A stretch of 63,442 bases of DNA, counting the filler, from Craspedostauros australis (lineage: Eukaryota): the NCBI GenBank assembly GCA_030167865.1. It is 10 parts of 10 records of this genome, joined end to end, with 100 filler letters (N's around TTAATTAATTAA, not from the genome) between each part and the next. Parts side by side here need not be neighbours in the genome. Positions count along the whole stretch, not along the records: positions 61,896 to 63,442 come from JALAGF010006033.1; 9 more parts are not named here. One strand, written 5' to 3'. Shown here piece after piece: positions 61,896-63,442 of this stretch. The notes under the pieces were generated by a model, which made no database searches, was not told the origin of the DNA, and worked only from the letters and a program-made list of their open reading frames with translations. Made by a program: the position numbers and the translations under genes. Numbering within the stretch: position 1 is the stretch's first letter; every line of letters begins with the position of its first letter.

Positions 61896-62113
61896 CATTC
61901 AGTACTGGCTCCTACTCCATGAGTACTTGCCATTTGAAGTTCACCTTCTGTATCCATGATTCTGATGCCCTTCGGTCATCGGATCTTCGCCTCCTGTTCT
62001 GACTTGGAGACAGATGTCAACGTGGTCACATGATGATATCCTGTTGACGTCAGTAGGCATCCTTCTGCTCTCCAGATGTCACGTTCCATTGGTGATGCAG
62101 GAGTCTGTCAGAT
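61896..62113. repeat. LTR family A internal fragment
   Basis: Matches 40516-40710 and 55716-55747. Confidence 0.85.
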
Positions 62114-63249
62114 GGAGGAATGAAGAGTGAGGAAGAAACAGGCAAGTGAGCTTGCGAGCAGTATTCCAATCAGACACACAGGAAAAATGCAAGAACAGCA
62201 ACCAGCAACTACGAGATGAAGTGACACAGACACAACGAGATTCCAATGGAGATGGAGATGAAGGCTTCAAAATGCAATGAGCAACCTGTGGGCGGAAGTG
62301 TTGGAGAGGTATGTGAATAATTTGTCAGTTGAGTGGACTAGAATGCGTGTCCTGTGCGCGAAGTTCACCCGAGTTACCCCAGGTCGNNNNNNNNNNNNNN
62401 NNNNNNNNNNNNNNNNNNNNNNNNNNNNNNNNNNNNGATGACACAGACAGCGACGAAATGAGGGTTGGACACAACCATGGTACCAACTACGATGGTCTCG
62501 CATTAACTCGACACTCTCTATGCGCATATTATCAGGGTCCGTCGGGCGTGCTTCTTTTTATTCGACCAGCACTTGATTGTGTGGTTTTATATTTCCCCCG
62601 CAGCTTCTGAGGGTGGCTGAACGACAAAAACAGAGCGTGCCGTGCCTGTGTTCGGGCTGAATCCTTTCCGGTCGGAGTAGTATTAGCACAACGCTAAATC
62701 TCAAACAATAGCGACACCCGTCGACCAATCAGAAATCTCCACTTTTCTTACCTTTTCCGTTCCGAACGGAAATTTTGGTCGAAAATCCGTTGTGTCAAAT
62801 TTGTGTCGCATTTCGCGTCGCAAGAACCGTTTTCCCGTCCATCACAGATCCAAAATGTCGCGGAAATTGATTTCTTGCCAAGATGAACCACTCTGCCCAA
62901 TCAGGACAGGCTTGGATCTTGGGTGCGACATGTGCAAATATTACCAAGACCTTCTCAAGTGAATACGATCAATTGTGTGATTGTACTACTAGCAACATTG
63001 TGAGAAGACCTAATTCACAACATGGGGTATCGCGGTGTTTTGTTCATTGACCTTTTGCAACTCATCTTCACACAGTAACATGCACATTTGTCATGTTGTC
63101 TCCGTGCTAATTTCACTTGCAATTGCATGAGATCATGTCATGATTCTCTCATGCTCACAGTTCCAAGAAGACAATCTTGTGAGCTCGACAACATTCCAAC
63201 TACCATATGAATAATGCGGTAAACAAACACTCTCCTCACCAACAACAAT

Positions 63250-63442
63250 TGTTGGCAAGTTCCGCTCACGGTAACCTACGATCGTGGAAGATGGTGTTGG
63301 TTGATAGTCGTTCGTTTGCTATTTCATTATGTTGGCACTCCGATACTCTCGGTGTCCATTCGTTCTCTTGCCCGATGTTCTCGGCGCTTCAATCTGTTTC
63401 GTAGATTCGGTCTCCGACTATGAGTCGGTACGCGAGATCCTC
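63250..63442. repeat. LTR family A terminus (TGTTGGCAAGTTCC...), cut by window end
   Basis: Near-identical to 55429-55622. Confidence 0.88.

Overview
Eukaryotic, most likely pennate-diatom, sequence. Evidence: DUF6824 gene, signal-peptide+Phe plastid presequence, GT-AG introns and CoDi-type Ty1/Copia elements. The window is not contiguous. It is about ten scaffolds joined by an artificial 100-bp linker (44 N + TTAATTAATTAA + 44 N), with many near-identical duplications flanking N gaps. Scaffold 1 (1-11983) holds the 3' end of a Copia element, a disrupted secreted Cys-repeat/PTS gene, a DUF6824 gene and a disrupted SH3-like/PARP gene. Scaffold 2 (12084-30205) is gene-dense: a 196-bp satellite, a CCCH zinc-finger gene, ketopantoate reductase, a GT47 exostosin-like gene, a membrane protein, a lumen-targeted DUF6816-like protein, a 3-exon type III pantothenate kinase fused to two Tudor-like domains, and a class-3 lipase. 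The remainder is mostly nested or decayed Copia elements and LTRs. Most interesting: (1) the bacterial-type PanK-III carrying tandem Tudor-like domains and a basic NLS-like stretch, 6 kb from panE; (2) Copia polyproteins with different accessory modules (PDZ-like, chromo-like, transmembrane hairpin); (3) a Copia gag-pol junction separated by a single in-frame TGA-C, a readthrough candidate. All family calls come from motif recognition by eye; no database search was run.
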